Positions 1-8,670 of a stretch of 64,000 nt of DNA are shown piece after piece (position 1 is the first letter of the stretch; the number at the start of each line of letters is the position of its first letter). The notes under the pieces were generated by a model. The model was not told the origin of the DNA. It did no database searches and was given only the letters and a program-made list of their open reading frames with translations. Location of the stretch: the NCBI GenBank assembly GCA_903844645.1, contig CAIMUP010000006.1, forward strand, positions 2,055 to 66,054, written 5' to 3'. Origin of the DNA: an uncultured Bacteroidota bacterium. Its GTDB lineage: Bacteria; Bacteroidota; Bacteroidia; AKYH767-A; JABDAW01. The translations under genes were made by a program, and so were the position numbers.

Positions 1-626
1 AAGTCTGTGTTTCTGATGCAGGAGGCTGTCATCTTTGCGATTCAGTAACCATAGGCACAGGCAATTGTTCGGCGCATTTTGATCTCTATCCCGACACTAA
101 TATTCTACATCATTACTTCGCTGTGAACATGGCATCGGGCGTGCCTCCATTGACTTATGATTGGAATTGGGGAGATAACAGCACACATGATTTCACGCCC
201 TATCCGAGCCATCAATATGCCAATGCTGGAGCATACAATATCTGCCTGTCTATCACGGATTCGGTAGGGTGTACGAATACTTTTTGTTGTAATTATTATC
301 TGATGCGATTGAAGAATACGATTGTCTCCATCAATGTCGTGCATCCGAATTTCACAACGGGAATTATTGAGAATCCGATGTTGAATTATTGCACGATTGT
401 GCCGAATCCTTTCCATGATAAAACGACGATTATCATTCAAGGAAATACTACGAAAGAGACAGCCTTAATTATTTATGATTTGTTTGGGAGAGAGGTGAAG
501 AGCACGGTTGTTGGAACGAATAAACAATTCACGATTGATGCAGGAGATTTGCAACAGGGGATGTATTTCTATAAACTCGTGGACAATAGTGGGGCTTTGG
601 CAACGGGGAAATTGGTCATTCAATAA
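1..626 (+). CDS. C-terminal fragment of a secreted protein with a PKD domain and a T9SS type-A C-terminal sorting domain. The 5' end lies upstream of the window.
   Basis: The frame is open from the window edge. The PKD-like motif 'YDWNWGDNSTHDF...HQYANAGAYNICLSITDSVGC' is present. The C-terminal ~80 aa 'PNPFHDKTTIIIQG...YFYKLVDNSGALATGKLVIQ' matches the T9SS Por-secretion tail pattern. Confidence 0.6.
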   Translation, partial: VCVSDAGGCHLCDSVTIGTGNCSAHFDLYPDTNILHHYFAVNMASGVPPLTYDWNWGDNSTHDFTPYPSHQYANAGAYNICLSITDSVGCTNTFCCNYYLMRLKNTIVSINVVHPNFTTGIIENPMLNYCTIVPNPFHDKTTIIIQGNTTKETALIIYDLFGREVKSTVVGTNKQFTIDAGDLQQGMYFYKLVDNSGALATGKLVIQ

Positions 627-668
627 TTTAGATTTTCTTTTCTAATTTTGCCGCTCAAAAGAAAAGAA

Positions 669-1664
669 ATGGCTAAGACAAAATTTACAAAAGAAAATTA
701 CCTGCATTGGTACGAAAGCATGCTGCTAATGCGACGTTTTGAGGAGAAGGCAGGGCAATTATATGGCATGCAAAAGATCAAAGGCTTCTGTCATTTATAC
801 ATCGGGCAAGAGGCTGTGGTGGCAGGAGCAATGTCAGTCCTTCGTCCCGAAGATGCAATGATTACGGCTTATCGCGATCATGCACATGCTATCGCAAAAG
901 GCATTCCGGCAAAGGAAGTGATGGCTGAATTGTATGGCAAAGAAACTGGTTGCTCCAAGGGCAAGGGTGGTTCTATGCACATGTTCTCGAAGGAGCATCG
1001 GTTCTTTGGTGGGCATGGGATTGTAGGTGGGCAAATACCTCTTGGAGCAGGGATTGCTTTTGCAGAGAAATATCGTGGTTCGGATTTGGTTTGTGTGTGT
1101 TACATGGGTGATGGAGCGGTGCGCCAGGGAGCATTCCATGAGGCATTAAATATGGCGATGACTTGGAAGTTGCCTGTGATTTTTATCTGTGAAAACAATG
1201 GCTACGCAATGGGAACCTCTGTAGAACGAACCAGCAATGTTGCAGAGCTTTGGAAGTTAGGTTTGGCGTATGAGATGCCCTCTAAGCCTGTGGATGGAAT
1301 GTCTGTCGAAGAGGTTCATTATGCTATGGAAGAAGCTGTGGAACGAGCAAGGAAAGGTAATGGACCAACTTATCTGGAGATAAAGACTTATCGCTATAAA
1401 GGGCATTCCATGTCTGATCCGGCGAAGTATCGTAGCAAAGATGAAGTGGAACATTACAAAGCTTTAGACCCTATTGAAAGTGTATTGAATACTATTATCA
1501 AAAAGAAATACGCTACGAATGAGGAGTTGGAAGCAATCAATAACAGGGTGAAGGATATTGTTGAAGAAGCGGTGAAGTTTGCAGAAGAATCATCCTATCC
1601 GGATCCAAATGAATTGTACAAGGATGTTTATATGCAGGAAGATTATCCATACATACAAGAATAA
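669..1664 (+). CDS. pdhA: pyruvate dehydrogenase E1 component alpha subunit (TPP-dependent)
   Basis: The start is 'MAKTKFTKENYLHWYESMLLMRRFEEKAGQLYGMQKIKGFCHLYIGQEA'. A TPP-binding 'GDGAVRQGAFHEALNMA' motif is present. It is followed immediately by the E2 gene. Confidence 0.9.
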   Translation: MAKTKFTKENYLHWYESMLLMRRFEEKAGQLYGMQKIKGFCHLYIGQEAVVAGAMSVLRPEDAMITAYRDHAHAIAKGIPAKEVMAELYGKETGCSKGKGGSMHMFSKEHRFFGGHGIVGGQIPLGAGIAFAEKYRGSDLVCVCYMGDGAVRQGAFHEALNMAMTWKLPVIFICENNGYAMGTSVERTSNVAELWKLGLAYEMPSKPVDGMSVEEVHYAMEEAVERARKGNGPTYLEIKTYRYKGHSMSDPAKYRSKDEVEHYKALDPIESVLNTIIKKKYATNEELEAINNRVKDIVEEAVKFAEESSYPDPNELYKDVYMQEDYPYIQE

Positions 1665-1673
1665 TTATAAAAT

Positions 1674-2990
1674 ATGGCAGAAGTAATAAGAATGCCCAAG
1701 ATGTCTGACACGATGACAGAGGGCGTTATCTCGAAGTGGTATAAAAAGGTAGGGGACAAAGTAAAGAACGGTGAAGTCCTTGCCGATGTAGAAACAGATA
1801 AAGCAACGATGGAATTGGAATCCTATTCCGAAGGGACCTTGTTGCATATCGGAATCAAGGAAGGACAGGCAGTTCCGGTGGATGGAGTGATTGCCGTTAT
1901 CGGGAAGGAGGGAGAGGATTATAAAGCATTATTGAATGATGCCACTCCTAAAACCGAAGCCAAGAAAGAAGAGCCAGCAAAAGAAGCTGATAAACCAAAA
2001 GAAGAAGCAGCTCCAGCAAAGGAAGAGAAAAAAGATGATAGTAAGGATGCTAAGAAACATGCTGTTGCTGAAGAAAAGAAACCAGTTGAAGTAAAGAAAG
2101 AGCCAGTTGAATCAACCTCTGATGACAGGAAGAAAGCCTCTCCTCTTGCGATTTCATTAGCCAAAGAAAAAGGAATTGATTTGAATAAAGTCATTGGCAC
2201 TGGCGAAGGTGGACGTGTTGTAAAACGTGATATTGACTGGTATAAACCATTCATTGCACCGGCAGGAATGCTTACTCATCATGATAAAGTTGATAAGGAA
2301 AGCTATGACGAAGTTCCAATCTCTCAAATGAGAAAAACGATTGCGAAGCGATTAAGTGAAAGCAAATTCACCGCGCCGCATTTCTATTTGACGATGGAAA
2401 TTAACATGGACAATGCAATGGTAGCGAGAGAGAGCATTAATGCTGTTGCGAATACCAAAATTTCATTCAACGACCTTGTTATTAAAGCCTCGGCAGCGGC
2501 TTTGAGACAGCATCCTAAGGTAAATTCATCGTGGTTGGGGGATAAGATTCGCCATAACCATCATATTCATATCGGGGTGGCGATTGCTGTTGAAGAAGGC
2601 TTGTTGGTTCCTGTTGTTCGCTTCGCGGATAACAAGACATTAACCGAGATAGCAGCCGAAGTAAAGGTATTTGCACAGAAGGCGAAGGATAAAAAACTAC
2701 AACCGACGGATTGGGAAGGCAATACCTTCACCATTTCTAACCTCGGCATGTTTGGCATTGACGAATTCACGGCTATTATCAACACTCCCGATGCTTGTAT
2801 ATTGGCGGTCGGGGCTATTAAGCAGGTGCCGGTGGTGAAAGATGGCATTATCGTTCCTGGGAATGTGATGAAGGTTACCCTTTCATGCGATCACCGCGTG
2901 GTGGATGGTGCTACCGGATCTTCTTTCTTGAAGACGCTGAAATATTTCCTCGAGAACCCTGTTATTCTATTGGGGCAGGCGGCTATTTAA
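1674..2990 (+). CDS. pdhC: dihydrolipoamide acetyltransferase (E2) of the pyruvate dehydrogenase complex
   Basis: An N-terminal lipoyl domain ('VETDKATMELES') is present. It is followed by an Ala/Pro/Lys-rich linker, an E3-binding region and the catalytic 'SCDHRVVDGA' motif. Confidence 0.9.
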   Translation: MAEVIRMPKMSDTMTEGVISKWYKKVGDKVKNGEVLADVETDKATMELESYSEGTLLHIGIKEGQAVPVDGVIAVIGKEGEDYKALLNDATPKTEAKKEEPAKEADKPKEEAAPAKEEKKDDSKDAKKHAVAEEKKPVEVKKEPVESTSDDRKKASPLAISLAKEKGIDLNKVIGTGEGGRVVKRDIDWYKPFIAPAGMLTHHDKVDKESYDEVPISQMRKTIAKRLSESKFTAPHFYLTMEINMDNAMVARESINAVANTKISFNDLVIKASAAALRQHPKVNSSWLGDKIRHNHHIHIGVAIAVEEGLLVPVVRFADNKTLTEIAAEVKVFAQKAKDKKLQPTDWEGNTFTISNLGMFGIDEFTAIINTPDACILAVGAIKQVPVVKDGIIVPGNVMKVTLSCDHRVVDGATGSSFLKTLKYFLENPVILLGQAAI

Positions 2991-3026
2991 TAGCTTCTGC
3001 GTGGATAGGTTCACCCTATTATTCTT

Positions 3027-3722
3027 ATGATCAAGATTCTCATCGTAGTTGCTACCGAAGGCGAGGTAAAGTTGATTACAGAACACCTGGAGGTTATCAA
3101 TATCACCAATAAGTTCTTGAAACAATACCGATTCCAACAGGTGGAGATAGATATTCTGATCACTGGCGTGGGGATGGTGGCTACTGCCTATCATTTAGGT
3201 AAGCAATTGGCGCATTCTTTCTATACGATGACCTATAATATAGGCGTTTGCGGCAGCTTTATAAAGGATATTCCGCTCGGGACGGTGCTGCACGTTTCTT
3301 CTGATGCCTTCCCCGAAACAGGAGCAGAGGATGGCGTCGAGTTTCTATCTATTTTCGATATGAAATTAATAGGCAAGGATCAATTCCCATTCAAAAACGG
3401 CGAATTATTCTCCTATCATCCGCCGCAATTGCATGCTTTGAATAAAATAAAACAGGTGCGGGGAATCACAGTGAATACAGTCCACGGAAAGGAGGACAGT
3501 ATCCAACAAATCATTAACCGAAACCATCCCGAAGTAGAGACGATGGAGGGGGCTGCCTTCCTTTATTCATGCCTGATGGAGCAATTGCCGTGTGCACAAA
3601 TCAGAGCCGTGTCGAACTATGTGGAAAGGCGCAATAAAGACAGTTGGAAATTGGAATTAGCCATCGAAAACCTGTGCCACGTATTCATGGACATCCTTTC
3701 TGAAATCGCTTCGAGCAATTAA
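3027..3722 (+). CDS. mqnB: PNP/UDP-phosphorylase-family nucleosidase, likely futalosine hydrolase of the menaquinone pathway
   Basis: The fold resembles MTA/SAH-nucleosidase ('KILIVVATEGE', 'ILITGVGMVATAYHLGK', 'VETMEGAAF'). The 231-aa size and Bacteroidota context fit MqnB. The assignment is by family resemblance only. Confidence 0.5.
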   Translation: MIKILIVVATEGEVKLITEHLEVINITNKFLKQYRFQQVEIDILITGVGMVATAYHLGKQLAHSFYTMTYNIGVCGSFIKDIPLGTVLHVSSDAFPETGAEDGVEFLSIFDMKLIGKDQFPFKNGELFSYHPPQLHALNKIKQVRGITVNTVHGKEDSIQQIINRNHPEVETMEGAAFLYSCLMEQLPCAQIRAVSNYVERRNKDSWKLELAIENLCHVFMDILSEIASSN

Positions 3723-3762
3723 ATACTTTTATTCGCGATAGCTTTTATCGTATTCATCGTCG

Positions 3763-4367
3763 TATTGTTGCACCGCAAGGGCGGATGCAATCATACCACG
3801 ATGAAATTAGTATTAAGGATGGAATAAAACATGATGATGGCGAAGTTTTTCATCAAAAAGGGCAAACAAGGTATCAGAATCCCGACCAAAGCGATGCTTC
3901 TGAAAGGTTTTTCAATGGAGATGGCACCCATTACTATGGTATAAAAAATCAAAACCATAGTTATTGTTACTAAAAGGTATCTTATTGTTACTAAAAGGTA
4001 TCTTTTTGTTACTAAAACGTAAGTTATTGTTGCTATAAGGTAAGTTATTGTTGTTATAAGGTAAGTTATTGTTGCTATAAGGTAAGTTATTGTTGCTATA
4101 AGGTAAGTTATTGTTGCTATAAGGTAAGTTATTGTTGTTATAAGGTAAGTTATTGTTACTAAAAGGTATCTTATTGTTACTAAAAGATACGTTTGAGTTT
4201 TTTTGGCATATGTTTAAGCTACTATTTGTATCCCAATCACTTCAGCCACCATCGAAAAACCTTCCAGAAGCATTGCCTCGGTCGTGATTGTTAATCCTTG
4301 TTTGCCCTGTTTGATACTTTTTTCATCATCTTATTATGATTGCATCCGCTTTGGCGGTGCAACAATA
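3763..4367. mobile_element. MITE-like non-autonomous element. It has ~33-bp terminal inverted repeats enclosing a 21-bp tandem array.
   Basis: The left TIR 'tattgttgcaccgcaagggcggatgcaatcata' is at 3763-3795. The right end at 4335-4367 is 'tatgattgcatccgctttggcggtgcaacaata', whose reverse complement matches the left TIR except for the central 5 nt. The element exactly fills the gap between two convergent genes. Confidence 0.4.
3959..4192. repeat. tandem array of ~11 copies with a 21-bp unit ('aaggtaagttattgttgctat' and variants)
   Basis: Direct reading of the sequence shows a 21-nt periodicity. Copies diverge at 1-3 positions. Confidence 0.9.
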
Positions 4368-4399
4368 ATAGGATGATGGGTATTCTTATGAATAAGGTA

Positions 4400-5302
4400 T
4401 TAAGGCTGCTTCCGAACCTTCTCTAAAGGGGCACTGACGAGGTAAACGCCTGCGAAAATGAGCATAGATGCCGCGATTTGTACCATCGTAATGCGCTCAT
4501 GGTTCATCGAAAGCGAGAAAATGGTGGCGATAATCGGTTGGAGGTAGATATAAATGCTGACTATCTCGGGGCTGACTTCTTTGAGTGCTATAATATTGAA
4601 TAAATAGGCGATGAAGGTGCTGCCCACGACTACGAAGGCTACGCCGAGCCATATATTCGGGGTGAATGTGCTCCATTGTACGTCCATTAATTCGTCATAA
4701 CCGAAAAAAAGAACTACCGGCAGCCCGAAAATGAATACCCATTTGATAACTGTTAAGGGATGATATTTCAGCATCAATGGTTTGACCAACACAAGATAAA
4801 CGGCATAGAAAAAAGAGTTTAGAAAGATCCAAACATCGCCTGCGATGGCGTGCTTTCCGTCATCAGCATGCTTGGAAAATAAGATAAGAATCACGGCTCC
4901 TGATGCTCCGGCAAGGATACCGCCTACTTTCCACTTCGTAATGCGTTCTTTGATCAGCAAAGCAGCTACGAGTAATACAATCATGGGGTTGGTGGTGATG
5001 ATCAGGGATGCGTTGATGGCTCCTGTTAAGTTTAATCCTTTGAAAAATAATAACTGGTTCACGGCAATGCCTATCACTCCGCAGAAAATCAACATCGGGA
5101 AGTCTTTCCTATCTATTTTCTCGGTCTTAAAGAATGGGCTGATGAGGAAAAACAAGGTCGTCGCGCCCAACACGCGTAGTAATATGAAGCCCATCGGATG
5201 AATATAATCCTTCATCAACGATTTGGCGATGGTATAGTTCGCCCCGTAGATAAAATTGACGATGAGCAGGAAGATATGTGCTCGGAATTTTTTATTCATC
5301 AA
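4400..5302 (-). CDS. EamA/DMT-family transporter (10 TM)
   Basis: The 300-aa polytopic protein has duplicated EamA halves and starts 'MMNKKFRAHIFLLIVNFIYGANYTIAKSLM'. Confidence 0.8.
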   Translation of the reverse strand: MMNKKFRAHIFLLIVNFIYGANYTIAKSLMKDYIHPMGFILLRVLGATTLFFLISPFFKTEKIDRKDFPMLIFCGVIGIAVNQLLFFKGLNLTGAINASLIITTNPMIVLLVAALLIKERITKWKVGGILAGASGAVILILFSKHADDGKHAIAGDVWIFLNSFFYAVYLVLVKPLMLKYHPLTVIKWVFIFGLPVVLFFGYDELMDVQWSTFTPNIWLGVAFVVVGSTFIAYLFNIIALKEVSPEIVSIYIYLQPIIATIFSLSMNHERITMVQIAASMLIFAGVYLVSAPLEKVRKQP

Positions 5303-5320
5303 GACTTTTTCAGGGAAAGG

Positions 5321-5677
5321 TTATAGGTTTTGGAGGGCTTGCTGTGTTTCCTCAAAGGTCTTGGGTGCATTGCCGATGAATATCTGTTTCCCGATGATGA
5401 TCACCGGTCTCTTCAGAAAGGTATAGTCCTCAAGGATGTATTTTTTGTAATCCTTTTCCTGGAGATTCTTTTTCCCCAGCTCCATCGTCCTATACTTCAT
5501 CGCGTTTCGACTGAATAAATTCTCGAAACTGCCTGCAAGGTTCTGCATTTCGTCTAACTGTTGGGGCGTTATCTTTTCTTTTTTAATATCTTGTAAGATA
5601 AAATCCTGCGGCAACCGCAAGTCATCCATAATTCTCTTACACGTGCTGCATGTCGAGAGGTAATATATTTTCTTCAT
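5321..5677 (-). CDS. ArsC/Spx-family redox protein (YffB-like)
   Basis: 'MKKIYYLSTCSTCKRIMDDL' carries the thioredoxin-like CxxC start typical of the ArsC/Spx family. The upstream 29 codons of the listed ORF have no matching signal, so the start is placed at the internal Met. Confidence 0.7.
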   Translation of the reverse strand: MKKIYYLSTCSTCKRIMDDLRLPQDFILQDIKKEKITPQQLDEMQNLAGSFENLFSRNAMKYRTMELGKKNLQEKDYKKYILEDYTFLKRPVIIIGKQIFIGNAPKTFEETQQALQNL

Positions 5678-5834
5678 GCTGCAAAAGTAGGGAAATAACC
5701 GTAGAGGATTCCTGGCAACACCATCTTTCTCTCTAATACTAATGACAAAGGGGACTATCATCATAAGATGATAGTCCCCTTTGAATAGGATTTAAAGGCT
5801 AATGTTATAGGAGCATCAATTTGTTTATACTAAC

Positions 5835-7076
5835 TTAAAGAACTCCTTCGTCGTAGGCACTCTCGCCATGTAATGCTTCGTCCAAGCCTTTATCTTCTTC
5901 ATGATCGGCTACTCTTACAGGCGTAATTTTATTAATCACCGCCAGCATAATATAAGTAAAGATAAAGGCATAAACGGCTGCTCCGGCAGTGGCAGCTACT
6001 TGTTTGATGAAGAAGTTGGTGCCGCCATGAATCAAGCCGTCTGCGCCGTCAGGGTTAATGCCTTTGGCAGCGAATATCCCCAGACAAATCGTTCCGAGAA
6101 CGCCGCCTACGCCGTGCACTCCCCAAACATCGAGCGCATCATCCCATCCTCTGCGGTTCTTGAAATCAACCGCGATATAACATACAATTCCCGATGCGAT
6201 GCCTATTAAAGCAGCATACGGTAAAGAGATATATCCGGCAGCAGGTGTAACAGTGGCAAGCCCTGCTACGGCACCTGTCAGTAAGCCTACAAACTTTGGT
6301 TTCTTCTGTAAACTCCATTCTATTATCAACCAAGTAATCGCTGCGAAGGATGCGGCTACATCGGTGTTTAAAAACGCTAATCCGGTAATGGCATTCACAT
6401 TCAAGGCACTGCCTGCATTAAAGCCATACCAGCCAAACCAAAGCAAGCCGGTACCTAATGCAATCAGCGGAATGGAGTTTGGTTTATGGACAGGGTTTCT
6501 TCGTTTGCCGACATAGATAACGGAGGCAAGGGCAGCGAATCCGGCAGTGGCATGAACAACAATTCCACCAGCAAAATCGAGTACACCATGAGCCGCCAAT
6601 ATCCCTCCACCCCAGATCATGTGGACGAATGGATAGTAAACCAAAAGTTGCCACAGCATCAGGAAAATCAGATAACCTTTGAAGGTTACGCGGTTCATGA
6701 AGGCTCCTGTAATAAGGGCTGGCGTGATGATGGCGAACATCATCTGATAAGCCATAAAAACAAATTCAGGCAGCTTGGCATTACCTGAATAGGGAGTGTT
6801 CAAAGTAACACCGTTCATAAAGACTTTGTTGCAGTTACCGATGATGCCAAAGAGCCAATCGGAATGCGTTGCTACATCGCCACTGAAGCAAAGCGAGTAG
6901 CCGCAGATGAACCACATAATGGTCGTGATTCCCATGGAAACAAAGCTCTGCATCATGATGCCGAGAATGTTTTGTTTGCCGGCAAGACCTCCGTAAAAGA
7001 AGGCGAGTCCGGGTGTCATTAACATGACAAGGCTTGTTGCTAAGAGCATAAAGCCGGTAATACCTGTGTCGAACAT
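5835..7076 (-). CDS. amt: ammonium transporter
   Basis: The Amt/MEP signature is clear ('LLATSLVMLMTPGLAFFYGG', 'DFAGGIVVHATAGFAALA'). The protein is 413 aa with 11 TM. Confidence 0.9.
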   Translation of the reverse strand: MFDTGITGFMLLATSLVMLMTPGLAFFYGGLAGKQNILGIMMQSFVSMGITTIMWFICGYSLCFSGDVATHSDWLFGIIGNCNKVFMNGVTLNTPYSGNAKLPEFVFMAYQMMFAIITPALITGAFMNRVTFKGYLIFLMLWQLLVYYPFVHMIWGGGILAAHGVLDFAGGIVVHATAGFAALASVIYVGKRRNPVHKPNSIPLIALGTGLLWFGWYGFNAGSALNVNAITGLAFLNTDVAASFAAITWLIIEWSLQKKPKFVGLLTGAVAGLATVTPAAGYISLPYAALIGIASGIVCYIAVDFKNRRGWDDALDVWGVHGVGGVLGTICLGIFAAKGINPDGADGLIHGGTNFFIKQVAATAGAAVYAFIFTYIMLAVINKITPVRVADHEEDKGLDEALHGESAYDEGVL

Positions 7077-7118
7077 AATTTTTAGTTTTAGGGTTTAAGT
7101 TTGTTTAAGAATATTTGT

Positions 7119-8216
7119 TTAGAAAGAGATTCCGAGGTTCAATAATACTTCGTGACGGTTGTGTTGAGGCTTGTTATTCCATTGAAATATTTCTTGGTTT
7201 TTATCCATTATTAATTCTCTTGCCTCGAGGCGAATGTAGGCGTTGTCAATGGGTTTTAGCTCCAGTCCGTAAGTGATTCCATAGAGTTTTAAGCCTGTCA
7301 ATTCATTGTTTTTATCCGTAATGATGCCTGCCATAAAACCATTAGGGTCGTTGAATAATTCAAACCGCATATAGTCGGCAAATTTATGGGTAGTCTGGAA
7401 TTTAAAACTCAAGACCCCGCTAAGGCAATCAACAGTTTTATTCTGCTTGATGATGTTTGAGTTTTGTTGCAGAATATAATCCACCCCTACCTGCATCTTC
7501 AGCTTCCCTACCTGATAATTAGCGAAGATATTCTGGAAGATTCTATTGTGAGAAATCGTATCCGCGCCAAGCGGCGTATCATCCCCAATGTAGTTCGTAT
7601 AGCCTATGTTGGCATTATCATTAAAGGCATAAGTCAGGTTTAATCCGAGAGACTTTTTGTCGTTATTGTCTTCATAAATATTATATCCATTCAAGAAATA
7701 TAAATCAATCGAAAGCTTCGAGGAGGGATGATAATCCAACCGGAATCCACTCTCATAATACGGCTCAAAATAAGTCGACACCGACACCGAAGACGTGAAG
7801 TTTTCTTTCGGCAATAATCCCTCTGCACCGGTATGGGTACGGAAAAATCCGGCATCCAACCAGAGCTTGGAACAAAGCCGTACCCCTGCATGGGCTTCCA
7901 TGATTCCATTAAAAGTAGAGGACCATGCGCTGCGAGGAATATCACCATAATGAGCGGTAACGATGCCCCGAAATTTATCGCCATCGTACTGCGCCGTAAT
8001 CATCGCATGATTCAAGCCGAAGGAGTTGCTGCGAGCATCAACGGAAGGAAATTTTTGATAGTTGCCAATGCCGACAGAATCGGTATAGTAGGCATAATAT
8101 GCATCTACATAACCGCTAACTTTGATGGTTGCAGAATCCTTGTTTTCGGCATCAACAATTGCAGAGAAAAGGAGGGAGAAAAGGAGAATTAAAGAAAAAA
8201 GTAATGGTCGCTTCAT
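7119..8216 (-). CDS. outer-membrane porin, co-located with amt
   Basis: The signal peptide is 'MKRPLLFSLILLFSLLFSAIVDA'. An alternating beta-strand pattern rich in Y/G/N follows, and a C-terminal aromatic residue is present. It sits immediately upstream of amt, as in many Bacteroidota. The start was chosen at the internal Met with a signal peptide. Confidence 0.5.
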   Translation of the reverse strand: MKRPLLFSLILLFSLLFSAIVDAENKDSATIKVSGYVDAYYAYYTDSVGIGNYQKFPSVDARSNSFGLNHAMITAQYDGDKFRGIVTAHYGDIPRSAWSSTFNGIMEAHAGVRLCSKLWLDAGFFRTHTGAEGLLPKENFTSSVSVSTYFEPYYESGFRLDYHPSSKLSIDLYFLNGYNIYEDNNDKKSLGLNLTYAFNDNANIGYTNYIGDDTPLGADTISHNRIFQNIFANYQVGKLKMQVGVDYILQQNSNIIKQNKTVDCLSGVLSFKFQTTHKFADYMRFELFNDPNGFMAGIITDKNNELTGLKLYGITYGLELKPIDNAYIRLEARELIMDKNQEIFQWNNKPQHNRHEVLLNLGISF

Positions 8217-8418
8217 ACGGTAGTTTTTGTTTTTTATCGTGGCAAAAATAGAAATTAAAATATCAATAGCCAAAGAATCGGGAATAATAGTTGAGGATTG
8301 GAGAATTATTTTGCCCTTGGTCGGCGACTTCGGAGGAGAGTCGGAATCGAGATTTATCCCTAAAAACCCTCCAAAATGCCCCATTTTCCCAAAAACGACA
8401 TGCTTTTACGTTGTGGCT

Positions 8419-8670
8419 CCATCCGCGCGGATGGAACCCATCTGGAGCATCCGACATCTCCCAGCCACGCGGATGGAACCCATCTGGAGGAAGGAATGCC
8501 TCCCAGCCGTGCGGATGGAAGCCATCTGAAGGAAGGAATGCCTCCCAGCCACGCGGATGGAAGCCATCTAAAGGAAGGAATGCCTCCCAGCCCTGTGGAT
8601 GGAAGTTGTCGGAAGGAAGGAATACCTTCCAGCCACGCGGATGGGAGCTATCGAATGCTCCCTATCGAAT
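8419..8670. repeat. tandem array of ~6 copies with a 42-bp unit ('cccagccacgcggatggaagccatctgaaggaaggaatgcct')
   Basis: It was read directly and lies between the porin start and the nuoL stop. ORF-track entries 8291..8722 and 8376..8672 are stop-free artefacts of this array. Confidence 0.9.

Noticed and set aside
3785-3973. A 62-aa ORF (3785..3973) just inside the MITE-like element.
   Set aside because: It lies between the TIR and the array. It has no RBS-like context and is low complexity ('...GDGTHYYGIKNQNHSYCY'). It runs straight into the repeat and is probably non-coding.
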